NCBI GenBank assembly: GCA_002269645.1
Contig: NIVC01002068.1
Span: forward strand, 1 to 64,000
Direction: 5' to 3'
DNA: 64,000 nucleotides
DNA from: Macrostomum lignano
Taxonomy: Eukaryota
Every line of letters starts with the position of its first letter. The first letter of the stretch is position 1. Positions 37,004 through 49,405 of this stretch are shown one piece after another. The notes under the pieces were generated by a model. The model ran no database searches and was not told the DNA's origin. It saw nothing but the letters and a program-made list of their open reading frames with translations. The translations under genes and the position numbers were made by a program.

Positions 37004-39762
37004 GGGAGCACCCCAACTGCCAGCCGGAAAACTGCCAATCGACAACTGCCAGTCGACAACTGCCAGCCGACAACTGCCAGCCGGAAAACTGCCAGCCGGA
37101 AAACTGCCAGTCGACAACTGCCAGCCGACAACTGCCAGCCGACAACTGCCAGCCAACAACTGCCAGTCGGAAAACTGCCAGCCGGAAAACTGCCAGTCGA
37201 CAACTGCCAGCCGACAACTGCCAGCCGAAAATTGCCAGCCGAGAAAACTGCCAGTCGACAACTGCCAGCCGACAACTGCCAGCCGACAACTGCCAGCCGA
37301 CAAGTTCTAGCTAATTAAATCTACTGTAGCCTACTTATTAGCTAAGTAAAAAGTACGAAACTGTTTGGCTAGCAAAAGGCTTGTGGGGTAGCCTTAAATG
37401 TCGCTCTTCCCTTCCCTAATTTTTTCAGATTTCCATTAGAAGTGTATATGTGAAAGAGAAGGCATTCTGTAATGCCTATTGTAAATATATTTGTATTGAA
37501 AGTTCATTTACTTTATTATTTAATTTGCGATTGCGATTGCTATATGACGCAATCCTAGAAAAGTCTATTAAATTACTTTACTTAAATAAAGCTTTCAAAG
37601 AAAGAGCAAAGGCTACCTAAAATACGAAATTTGAACCAAGATGTTCGTGCAGGAGCCGAAAGTTGCCAGCTCTGATTCGCGCACATGCCGCACAAGCTTA
37701 CAAACTTTTGTTGGCGATAAAACAAAACAACTTGTAGCTAGGCTAACTGATTTCTGTAACAATGCAATGGCTACTTGTTTTTGCTGAATAATTAACTGAT
37801 TTAATAAATAGTAAACAAAGCTGTCTACTTTCTAGCTAGATCCTGAATGCCTCTTTGCAACAACCCACAGCTTTTCAAGTTGCTTGGACACCTGAAGCAG
37901 GAGATGGACCACCAGCAATTGCCCATGCAGCGAGCTGCAGCTGGGGAGGCACCAATCATCAGAAGTAAGTATGCCCGGAGCAACGCTAACGTTCTTCGCG
38001 TTGCCCAGCGATGGGATGAGGCGAATGGTGGTCTGCCAGTAGACTTCCCACTCCGGTCATTCCTACGTGGCATTGCTCATCATTTGAAGAAGTAACTCAT
38101 TTTTATGGTTCTTCAATCATGTGTGACCTGAACAGACAACGGGTTGTTACATGCTATTTGCATCGAATGCTGACTAATTTTGTTTTTATTTGTTTTCGTA
38201 CTCTGTTATTTAGGACTTAGCTTAAGTTTGGCGCATCAAGTCATCCCAAGAGCTATTCTACTATTATTTAATGTTTTTTAGAATGCTAGCAGAAAATTAA
38301 GCCCCAATAAAACTTTAACAAAAACAGTTTACTCTCAGTTTAGCAACTTCTAAAGTAAGACAAAACTATGAAACCATGGACTGATAAGGTGTAACAAGAA
38401 ATAAAAAAATGAGACAGCTAGTAATTTACAGACAGTTTTAGTGCCGGTGCAATTAGACGTTTTTTGTTTTGACGGTACGAAGCTAATTAATTTTGCATTA
38501 CTTCTAAAATGCGATAATTAATGCAGTTGCAAAAATATGCTGTTTTATTATAGTAAAATTGCACCTATTTTTCATTGGCCAGCTTTTATTTTACTGCACA
38601 CTTTGCCGACGCAGTTAGCGGGCGCATTTGCTGATAAGCTATCAGAAATAAATTCTACTATTTTCCTGTTATAATTGTTTCGTTCCTTTTTTATTTTGCA
38701 TTAAACATGAGAAGATCATGAACATGAACATGATCTGTTGTTTTGTTAGTCTTTAAATTTCATATAGCAAATAAGCCAAGCAAAGCTTTGTAGGTCAGCA
38801 AAATTCGATCGAATTCAGATAAATTCTGTTAGTCACACTTCAGTTTTATTAAAAGGAAACTATAGAAACAACATGAACAATAAATTACATTAGCCCAAGA
38901 GTTACAGAAATAGAGGCAGTGTCCAATGGCTCGCCGCAGGGCTAGCAAGAGAACGAAGTCCACCCGCCGGCGGTGTCCAGCGCATTGGCGTTGCACAGCA
39001 GGCAGTCCAGTGAGTCCACATATCGCTGAGTTTGAGCCTGGCCCCGTCTGAACAGGACCTGCATGGTGAGCAGGACGTCCTGGACAGGTTGGGGGCAGTA
39101 GCTTTCGGCACGGATGACGTAGTCCGAGCTCTATTTCTTACAGCTGTCTGCATTAATATTAGTGGTACTCCAGCTAGCACTTGTCCGGCTGGCAGTTGTC
39201 GGCTGGCAGTTGTCGGCTGGCAGTTGTCGGCTGGCAGTTGTCGGCTGGCAGTTGTCAGCTGGCAGTTGTCAGCTGGCAGTTGTCGGCTGGCAGTTTTCCG
39301 GCTGGCAGTTGTCGGCTGGCAGTTGTCGGCTGGCAGTTGTCGGCTGGCAGTTGTCGGCTGGCAGTTGTCGGCTGGCAGTTGTCGGCTGGCAGTTGTCGGC
39401 TGGCAGTTATCAGCTGGCAGTTGTCAGCTGGCAATTGTCGGCTGGCAGTTGTCGGCTGGCAGTTGTCGGCTGGCAGTTGTCGGCTGGCAGTTATCAGCTG
39501 GCAGTTGTCAGCTGGCAGTTGTCGGCTGGCAGTTTTCCGGCTGGCAGTTGTCGGCTGGCAGTTGTCGGCTGGCAGTTGTCGGCTGGCAGTTTTCCGGCTG
39601 GCAGTTGTCAGCTGGCAATTGTCTGCTGGCAGTTTTCCGGCTGGCAGTTGTCGGCTGGCAGTTGTCGGCTGGCAGTTTTCCGGCTGGCAGTTGTCGGTTG
39701 GCAGTTTTCCGGCTGGCAGTTTTCCGGCTGGCAGTTTTCCGGCTGGCAGTTGGGGTGGACCC
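37004..39762. mobile_element. Foldback-type Mutator-like (MULE) element with minisatellite TIRs
   Basis: Exact 9-bp TSD gaattaagc (36995-37003, 39763-39771). Ends gggagcaccccaactgccagcc / ggctggcagttggggtggaccc. Both arms are arrays of the 14-mer gacaactgccagcc, in inverted orientation. Inner arm ends also match (agctag(a/c)acttgtc). Confidence 0.88.
37847..38095 (+). pseudogene. MULE transposase C-terminal remnant
   Basis: NPQLFKLLGHLKQE..G..P..RSKY..N..V....W......FLRGIAHHL resembles animal MULE tails (HPNIWKFI..LKKEQ..YLRGIAHNL). It lies inside the 9-bp-TSD element. Confidence 0.65.
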
Positions 39763-41009
39763 GAATTAAGCCTATAAGAATTGGTGTCATTCGATACGCC
39801 GGAGGTACAGTAAGGGGCTACAAGAACACCTCAGCAACGTGCCTCATTAAGGCGAGCTTGTCGTTATCTGCTGGTTGAACAGCGCCAGAGATAAGCAGGA
39901 TCGATTGTCGGTAGGCAGTCCAGGTGTCCGATGGCTGACTGACCTGGCTGGGAATCCTAATAAGGTAGTTTTCTCAGGGCCTCGAATAGGAATTTTTTCA
40001 AGCAATCGGAAAAGCCGCACGCTGAGTCGAGGAAGTCCTCCCGATTTCCCGGACTTTTGTAATCCCGGGGTCCCGAATTTCGGGTCCTAACAATCCCGAG
40101 AATTTCTGATCCCGGAAAATGAAGATTTTATGAAGTCATCGGACGACTTTTTCTGGAACTTTTCCCGAAATTAATTAATGAACTTTAACCAAACTGCACT
40201 GAATGCTGACTCAGAAACTTACAGAAGGATCTGCAATCTGGGGCTGGATACGTCCTTGAATAACTTCAAGAAAAAGCAAGAATTCGTTGGTAAGGTTTTA
40301 AAGAAGCCATTTTACGGTACAAGTGCAAAGTGCTTCTCAAGTTAATTGGATTGAACGCTGGAGGAGAAGATTAAGATTTAGTAGGAGAGAAACTCGTATC
40401 GAGCCATCATCTATGAGGGATAATTAAGACGAAATGAGGCTCTCCATGATATCACGAACGCAGGTTGGCAGTCCAAAGAGAGATGAGGCATTAGAGAGTA
40501 AGTCACCCGTTCTCATGATTTTGTCATTTTGCTCCCTCGTTCACGTATACAATGCCTGTCTTGTAAGACTCATATACACCCGTGTGTTGCGGTACAGCTC
40601 AAGGACAACTCAATTATTTTTCTAACTAGAATTCAAGTTCAATGAGACACAATAATAGTTTTCCATTTAAATTTCATCGCATCCAAATTAATTTTTTTTT
40701 CTTTTAAATGAGCAGTCTAATAGTAAGAAAAGAAATAAAATGTTCCACTTACTATAAGTACTAACAGTAGAAGAATAAGGCTATATTGTGCAAGTTGGTT
40801 TACATTTATCTATGCTTGCTGATTAGTTTACATGTATCTATTGTTTTTTAACTTTACCTCATTGGTACCGCAATGAAATAGAAAACATGGCATACAATTT
40901 GCATACAATACTACTTACAATAACACCAGCAGGAAATAAGTAATTACCTGTTGATTTCGTGTCGAAATGAGAAGTAAGAGAATTTTTTGGAAAGACATGC
41001 ACTCACCAG

Positions 41010-42142
41010 GGGCCCGTGCTATAGATTTAAGAGCAAAGAGTAAGGAGTTAGGAGTCAGGAGTGCTCCTAGCAAGGAGCGAATCGATTTTGTGTGCTATAG
41101 AGTTCAAGAATCAAGAGTTAGGAGCTAGGAGTTGTTTTAAGGAGTGCAGCATAGGAGTGAGGAGGAGCTCTAAGGAGTGTGAGGTGATTGGCTAAGGAGT
41201 CTGCCAATCTGCGTGCTATATTAAACTCCTAAATGTACGCACCTTAAGGAGTAATTCTAGCAGTTTAAAAAACAAGTTACAAGTTTTATTACCCTGTGAA
41301 AAACGGCTACGAGCGCGTAAAGCAATAAAACCATTTTAGGCTAAGCTGTGCATTTAATAGGCGAAAGGGAGCGGGGAGCACATTTAATTAGTTGATAGAC
41401 TAAGTCAATAGAAAGTGGTTTAACTGCATGCTATCGTAATTAATTGCTCCTATTTGATAAACAACTAACACTTGTATAAGAGGGGTGCTATAATTAGACA
41501 CCATAAAATTGGTCATTTTGTACCCAGCAAAACAGTGCCCATTGTCGGTACAAACAAAATAGTACAAGTCGAAATCTAAGATTATTTGTGATGTTTTAAG
41601 TTGCAACATGTTTATTGAAAGTGGTGTTGATTCTCATTGAGCGGAAATCGTGAGTCGCGACATAGTATGAAATTCTTCAAAAAAGTTTATCCATTGCTTA
41701 AATGGCCTGGGTTGCCATCGCCAATCATTAGCTCCCCGACCCCCACCGTCCGAGAATAGTTCAGTGTTCGATCCAAAAACATGAAAAAAGACACTCCTAC
41801 TAACCTAAGAGTAAAATTTGGCCCTTGAATTTTTAACTAGGAGTTAGGAGCTAGAAATGAAATTCGCTCCTTCTATAGGACACGCTGCCACGCACTCCTA
41901 AAACTCACTCCTAAACAGCAATTCCTAGCTCCTAGCTCCTACTCTCCGCTCCTTATTCTATAGCACGCGACAAACCTTAATGAGGTCTCCTAAATTCACC
42001 AAGGAGTCTCCTAACGTCCTTAGGAGCCTCCTAGCTCTTAAAATTTACTCTTGATTATATAGCACAGAAAAGCCATCTAGGAGCTAGGAGTTAGGACACT
42101 CTTAAGGATTTAGGAGTTAAGAGTATTCTATAGCACGGGCCC
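41010..42142. mobile_element. Non-autonomous PIF/Harbinger-like element
   Basis: 16-bp TIR gggcccgtgctataga / tctatagcacgggccc with 3-bp TSD cag. Internal aggagttaggag and ctatagcac motifs occur in both orientations. Confidence 0.85.
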
Positions 42143-42514
42143 CAGTGCTCAGAGAGACAGCGCGTGGTCTGCGAATGCCAGGGTGTGCGGGTCTGTCTGT
42201 ACTTGCTAATAAATTCATAAAATTTGCTTGCATTTGAATATGCTAGCTGCGTGCCTAACTGACTAACTCAGCAAGCAAGTATAACTTTACTCTTACCTCA
42301 ACCAGACACACGGAATGGTCTATAGAAAACTAAAGTGCATTGCACACACTAGCTAAATGAAGGCGAAACGTCAGGAACGAATTATAGGTCTGTAATAGTA
42401 TACACGAAGCAAGTGGACTTTACAATAATTACAGTAGCATAATTTCTATATAATTACATAATATTGTAATAAAAACTGCATTCGGAGTCTCTAAACGATG
42501 CTTGGTACGTCGTG

Positions 42515-43391
42515 CAGGGGCGTCCCATGGATTTTATGGTGGGTAAGACAAAGCCAAGAATTCAACATGCACACATGTACATGACTAAAGTCCTCCTAAA
42601 TTTCCATTATTTTGAGAATCATGTTGTCAGCGCTCATTTTGGCGCCGCAGGCACTCATTTTAGCGCCGCATGCACTCATTTTAGCGCCGCAGGCACTCAT
42701 TTTAGCGCCGCAGGCACTCATTTTAGCGCCGCAGGCACTCATTTTAGCGCCGCATGCACTCATTTTAGCGCCGCAGGCACTCATTTTAGCGCCGCAGGCA
42801 CTCATTTTAGCGCCGCAGGCACTCATTTTAGCGCCGCAGGCACTCATTTTAGCGCCGCAGGCACTCATTTTAGCGCCGCAGGCACTCATTTTAGCGCCGC
42901 AGGCACTCATTTTAGCGCCGCATGCACTCATTTTAGCGCCGCAGGCACTCATTTTAGCGCTGCAGGCATTCATTTTAGCGCCGCATGCACTCATTTTAGC
43001 GCCGCAGGCACTCATTTTAGCGCCGCAGGCACTCATTTTAGCGCCGCAGGCACTCATTTTAGCGCCGCAGGCACTCCTTTTAGCGCTGCAGACACTCATT
43101 TCAGCGCCGCAGGCACTCATTTTAGCGCCGCATGCACTCATTTTAGCGCTGCTGACACTCATTTTAGCGCCGCAGGCACTCATTTTAGCGCCGCAGGCAC
43201 TCATTTTAGCGCCGCAGGCACTCATTTTGGCGTTGAAGGCGTTATATTTTGGCGCTTTGAAGAAACGTTATCGATCGATTACCACAACTAGTCACAAGGT
43301 GGATGGGGGGACACAAAGCATAGACCTGTCCCTCCATAGCTTTTAATGGAGGGGACATGTCCCCCTCTCCCCCCAGGTGGCGACGCACCCG
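42515..43391. mobile_element. Probable non-autonomous hAT element carrying a 21-bp array
   Basis: Ends caggggcgtc / gacgcacccg; flanks acgtcgtg and gcgccgtg (6/8 match, degenerate 8-bp TSD). Confidence 0.55.
42628..43235. repeat. 21-bp minisatellite gcgccgcaggcactcatttta
   Basis: About 28 tandem copies. Confidence 0.95.
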
Positions 43392-44193
43392 GCGCCGTGT
43401 AATTGTCGCTCTGAGTCTTACATGCTTAAATAGCTGTAAATTTGTTACTTCACATCAAATATGGTCAACTTTCGTGTGATAACGCAACTTGTACATCAGA
43501 TCTGATTTATTTGTGCACATTGATCGTGTGATTTGGTTGCTCATTTGATATGGCACTATGGCAGTAGGGAATCCAATTCCCTGGGAAAGGAAGGGTTTCG
43601 GAGAATGACACATCGCTCTCAATTCTTATGACATCCCAGTTTTAAATGAGAGCTATAATTATAACAAACAGCCTCCTGTCTGTATCTGTAAGTGTCAATG
43701 ACTTTTCTTATCATCTGTGACTGTCAGTGATGCATAATTCCACTGATATGTACAATATTTACTTGCGGGAGCCTGGAAAGCTGATTGCTAAGTGTCACAC
43801 TCATTGTCATTTGTCATTGACATTATGCTATTGTCACAGTTCTTATAAGCTGTTTCTTAGTTCTCAATTTGCATTTGCATGTGGACACTGGACAGACAGT
43901 CAAGTCCTAAAGACATCACATCTCGATCTCACACGCTTGCAAACAAAAAAAAACGAATAATTTTTAGCGTTTATAATAGCCTGAATATCAATATTATCAT
44001 TTAAAATTAAGGACAAACAGTTTTGACAATGTTGCTACATCATTTCCGTGTATACTTACTTCACTTTCCCATTTTCGCCGAGTCCCGAAACAATTCCCCG
44101 GGGAGGGTTTTATCAAAATTTCCTGGGAATGGTTTTCCTAGTTGGCATTGTGAACTGTGAATGAGCCTTAAAATCTTCCGAATCAATTCGGTT

Positions 44194-44552
44194 TACCCCC
44201 GATTCACCGATTCCCGATTTTCCGAAATTCTTATCCTGATTGGATGGAATTATAAAATGGAATGGGTGGCGGGGAGGGATACTGATGGGGTGGAGAGGAA
44301 GTCGGTCATCAGGTCAGGGTATGTATATTAAGACCATCATGTGGCCACTGTGGCGCATCAGAGACGTGCTATTTTTTTATTTTTCATTGAGTACTGACTG
44401 TACCAAGAAACTCTACTAAAGCATTTATTATATCTTTATGCTACTAAAGCATTTCTTAAAGTTCCAGAGCAGCGATTTTAAGAATTTCGGCAAATCAGGA
44501 AATTCGGCGAATCAGGAAATTCGGCAAATCGGGAATCGGCGAATCGGGGGTA
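44194..44552. mobile_element. MITE-like element with about 40-bp imperfect TIRs
   Basis: tacccccgattcaccgattcccgattttccgaa.. pairs with ..ttcggcaaatcgggaatcggcgaatcgggggta. Confidence 0.6.
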
Positions 44553-46564
44553 GGGTAAGCCGGTAGTTATGCGAAATTGGGTCGTAGATTGTGTTAAAGT
44601 CTAAATACATGTACATAGCTCGTATTTGCTCTTATAAATAAAACTGTACATACTTCTTAATTTGAAAGCTGCCTCTAAGTCAGTTAATGTACATTAGGGG
44701 TTTCCAACTTAAGGGATCACGTGATCAGTCAGTCCATCCAACCCAGCCCAGTGTGAATTTCTCCGCCGATTTAATGCACAGACCAAGTAATATAACTTGG
44801 TTGAAGTTAAAGGCTTTGGAACTAACTGGATTTAAAAAACTGCACTCAAGAGGCTTCGGGACGAGGCTATATAAGAGAACAGCCCCAGACAGACAGACGC
44901 ACTGGGAGTGCGCATGTACTTTACTCGACTGGTTAAGAGTTTTTAGAAAAAAGAACTGGCGGGAGGGGGGGTTGTTGGCTCGCGAGCTTTCCGCCGACCC
45001 CGTGGGGGCACAGATAAGCGCACCCCTTAAAAGCCGCCTATTGGATGCATTGGATCGTCTGGACTGGCCCACCCCACCATAATATTAACTAACCTATACA
45101 TTCATATACAGTACGTTAAAGCGTTAACAATTCCTGGAGAAGGGTGAAGAAAGGCTTATAAGAGAAGAAATACGGTGAGGGGAAGGAAATACGAAGGTAA
45201 GAAATAGTAGGAACCTATATAACGATCAATCCACTAGCGAGTCTGCTTACCCGCCCCAAACCGAGCCTATTACAGATATACTGGTGATACTCTAGCTAGG
45301 CTGAGTAAGTGCGCTGGGCCCACAGGGCACAGACATGCCAGTGGTGTGAGCGTGCTGAAGTAGAGCTGGGAAGGACCGAACTGAGAGCGAATTAACACCC
45401 GCCATTCTTTCTTATTTAAATCCAAGCCAACCAAAAAAACTACAGAACTTTCCTGCAGGCACAGCTTTTTCTGCCGTGCCACTTGGGGTCATTCGGTCTG
45501 TCTGGCCCGAGTTCTGGACCGAAAAGGTAAGCCACACCTTTCTGCATGCATGTGTATAGTAGGCGTTGTACTCTAATATAATACTTAAACGATTTTTTCC
45601 TCAAATTACACAAGCCAACAATGCAGATTAGTCAAATCCCTGAGACGTTAACTTTGCCACAGCTTTCTTCGCTGAACTGAACTTTAAAACAAAAAATGGA
45701 GTCCAGTCTTATTTGCTAGGGGCAGGTTGGCGTCTCACGGATGCGACTTCTGCTGGATCATCTGCTCTCATTTTAGTGCGCGGTGCCCCCTTTTCCAAAA
45801 AGAAACAGATTAATGCACTGCAACTATTGATATTTGCGTTCACTGGGGAGGGGGGATGGGAACATGCTCACTAAGAGTAGAACTACCAAGGGGGAATTCC
45901 CTGGGAAATTCCCCCTGACAATTTGGCTTTGAATTCCTACCGTTAACAGACCGTTTTTCCGCCGGTGTTAAATAGGGCAGCGGAATAGTTTCTTAGAATT
46001 TAAGGTGAAGATTTAAGACTCCCCTTGTCCCCGCCCTAATCCTAAACCCGATTCCCGACCAGGCGCACTCACTCGGCCAGTTCGTTTGCACTTTAGCATT
46101 TTTCCCCATCGGATCCGATACCCCCACTCCCACAAGCCAGACACACTCCCCAGTCCCAGTCCATACACCCTCCCCGGCCGGAACCCCTCCTAGACGTCTG
46201 TCTGGCTTTTATCGATCGATGCTGGGTCAGACAGACCCTGTCTCTAGTCTAGCCTAGTAGGCTTCTCTCTAATCCACAGACTCCCTAAGTAGCGGTCCCT
46301 GGCTTTGCTTCTCTGTCTGACCGGCCCCTCCTACTCCGTTATGTCTCGTGTCTCCTTTTCCCGTTCTTTCTCCACCTCGTCTCTTGGCAGACTGGGTAGG
46401 GGTGGCAGCAGGCAGTACGTACGCGCGCAATTCTAGCGGCTTAGTAGATTGATGAAGGATGCAGTGAGACTGGCCTGAGGATTATGAATCTGTCAACTAA
46501 GGGCGAGGATGTCCTGTCTTGTGGTCAACTGTCACCTTGATAATTAACTATCTAAATGATAGAT

Positions 46565-47425
46565 AAAGTCTGAAACAGTCAGACAGCCACAGATAGACAG
46601 ACAGACACAGCCACAGATAGACAGACAGACAGACACAGCCACAGATAGACAGACACAGCCACAGATAGACAGTCAGACAGAGCCACAGATAGACAGTCAG
46701 ACACAGCCACAGATAGACAGACAGCCACAGATAGACAGACAGACACAGCCGCAGATAGACAGGCAGACACAGCCGCAGATAGACAGGCAGACACAGCCGC
46801 AGATAGACAGACACAGCCACAGATAGACAGACAGACACAGCCGCAGATAGACAGGCAGACACAGCCGCAGATAGACAGGCAGACACAGCCGCAGATAGAC
46901 AGACACAGCCACAGATAGACAGACAGACACAGCCGCAGATAGACAGGCAGACACAGCCGCAGATACACAGGCAGACACAGCCACAGATAGACAGGCAGAC
47001 ACAGCCACAGATAGACAGGCAGACACAGCCGCAGATAGACAGACACAGCCACAGATAGACAGACAGACACAGCCGCAGATAGACAGGCAGACACAGCCGC
47101 AGATAGACAGGCAGACACAGCCGCAGATAGACAGACACAGCCACAGATAGACAGACAGACACAGCCGCAGATAGACAGGCAGACACAGCCGCAGATAGAC
47201 AGGCAGACACAGCCACAGATAGACAGGCAGACACAGCCACAGATAGACAGGCAGACACAGCCGCAGATAGACAGGCAGACACAGCCGCAGATAGACAGAC
47301 ACAGCCACAGATAGACAGACACAGCCACAGATAGACAGACAGACACAGCCACAGATAGACAGACAGACACAGCCGCAGATAGACAGGCAGACACAGCCGC
47401 AGATAGACAGGCAGACACAGCCAAG
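46565..47425. repeat. GACA-derived 20/24-bp compound minisatellite
   Basis: agatagacag(gcag)acacagcc(a/g)c units, continuing as degenerate GACA repeats beyond the LTR element (49881-49925). Confidence 0.95.
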
Positions 47426-47941
47426 GATAGTGTAGCGTTAGGTTACCGCTACAAGCTTACGAGTGTAAGTGGCACTTCGAAGATAGCTAGCAAAAGCGGG
47501 AGGTTTTTTTAGTATATTTTGTCATTGCGTTGGGGGCTATTTAGCGCTGGGGCGAACGAATAGTACAGAAGTGTCTATGGGTGAACTAAAGCGATTGGAA
47601 TATAGAATAAGAAATAATTAGAATAAATGATGAATGCTTTGGTGCTGCTACAAGATACTCCCCCTTCCCCATAACGGAGTACTTCTAGGATTAAAACAAC
47701 GAATTAACAGGAGGGAAATTTGGGGTAACAGATTCATGGCGCTACTTCTCTAGAATCAAATTGTCAAGTGTAATCAAGGAGTGTACATGTAGAATCAAGT
47801 CAAGTCAAGAAGTGTAGAATCAAGGTGTAAAATATTTTATCGACGGCTGAGAGGCAAATCGAACATGGCGAGAACTTCTTGAACGAGTATTAGCGGCTGG
47901 TGAATCATTAGGCGGAGCAGTAGGCTCTGGAAGGGTCTCCG

Positions 47942-48709
47942 GTGGCGGCGGTACAACGCGCCACAATTAGACCACCGCCGTTCTACCGTCAAGCACCCGA
48001 GATTTGGTTCCGCCAACTCGAATCACAATTTACCCTGGCTGGAATCAGCTCCGCCAGCACCAAATTCCACCACGCACTGGCCGCTCTCCCGGAGGATGTT
48101 GCCTGCTACATCGACATAGACATCGTCGAATACAACCGACTCAAAACAGCTGTTCTAGACTCACTGCGCGCCAACCGCCACCAGCGTATCGAGGAAGCCC
48201 TTGCAGCAGTAGAACTCGGCGACAAACGCCCTTCGCAATTGGTAACTGACATTAAGCGCCGCTTCATCGAAGTGGGTTTAGCAGCCGACGAGTCTATCAT
48301 CAAGTCACGCCTGCTCACGGCGCTCCCAACGCACATCCGTTCTGCGTTGGTCGGTCATGAAAAATCTCCGCTAGAAGACTTCGCCAAAATCGCCGACAGC
48401 ATGTTAGCCGTCGCGGGCAGCCGAACTCCGTTTTTACCCATTCAGCGCACGTCCGAAGCCAGGGATTCAAGACCGCACGGCGCGTTCAAGCCTAGGCAGG
48501 CGTACGAAGGAGATCACCGGCAACAGCGCTCCTATCGTAAGAGACCTAAGATCTGTAATGGCCATCTATTCTACGCTTCACAAGCCCGTACGTGCCGACC
48601 TTGGTGCAAATGGCCCGGTCCCAAACCCACAACGATGCTCAGCAGCCGCCAGACAACACCAGATCACTCGCGTGCAAACAGCCCAACTCTAGAAAGTGCT
48701 TCAAACTAG
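47942..48709 (+). pseudogene. gag (inverted internal segment of the LTR element)
   Basis: PPFYRQAPEIWFRQLESQF N-terminus, GDKRPSQL, and the CxxHx9Cx3C knuckle CNGHLFYASQARTCRPWCKW. Confidence 0.9.
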
Positions 48710-49405
48710 TCGGTCACGTGCCCTGGCCGACCCGTGACCAGAGCAAGGCCACCACTTTGTTACTCCGTTGCAACGTTCTTCGCACCATGGTTTCATTTAT
48801 TGTTGACACTGGAGCCGAACGGTCACTCCTGCCTCTACAGTACGTCCCTCAAAATCTGCTTACTCCGACACCCGTGAAGTTGCGCAGCATTGGTGGACAC
48901 GAGATCCGTACCTTTGGACAATGCTGTCTGACTCTCTCTATTCCGGGGCTCCGGCGACCATACCCAGCAACATTCATCGTCACTAATACGGCACCGATTC
49001 TCGGAGCGGATTTCTTCGTAAAGTTCGGTTTGATCATCGACCTTAAGTCGAGACGCATCACAGACCCAGTAACGGAATTATCCACAGCCCTGAACTGCTC
49101 TTCCGATCCAGTTCCACAAATCAACGTGACAACGGAAATGGAACCATCAAACCCGCTCACCCAGTTTCCACGCGTACTAGAGGCGCCCGACTACACGACC
49201 CCATCCGCAACAGGCGTCCGACATCCGATCGAAACGGAAGGCGAGCCGATCTTCTGCCGACCACGACCACTGTCACCGGAAAAGTTCACTGTTGCAAAGG
49301 AAGAGTTTGACAAGCTGCTTCGACTCGGAATCGTCCGACCATCTTCCAGCCCGTGGGCATCGCCCCTTCATATGGTGAGAAAAAAAGACGGATCTTGGCG
49401 CCCCC
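48592..49405 (+). pseudogene. pol fragment: aspartic protease and start of RT, truncated
   Basis: FIVDTGAERS protease motif; GIVRPSSSPWASPLHMVRKKDGSWRP, ending at the inversion junction. Overlaps gag in the -1 frame. Confidence 0.9.

Noticed and set aside
39032-39878. AGSCRLAVVGWQLS ORFs
   Set aside because: Translation of the 14-bp TIR array of the foldback element.
39800-39950. Merlin/ISXO2-like transposase motif (SDTWTAY, minus strand)
   Set aside because: A single short motif with no other catalytic context or TIRs.
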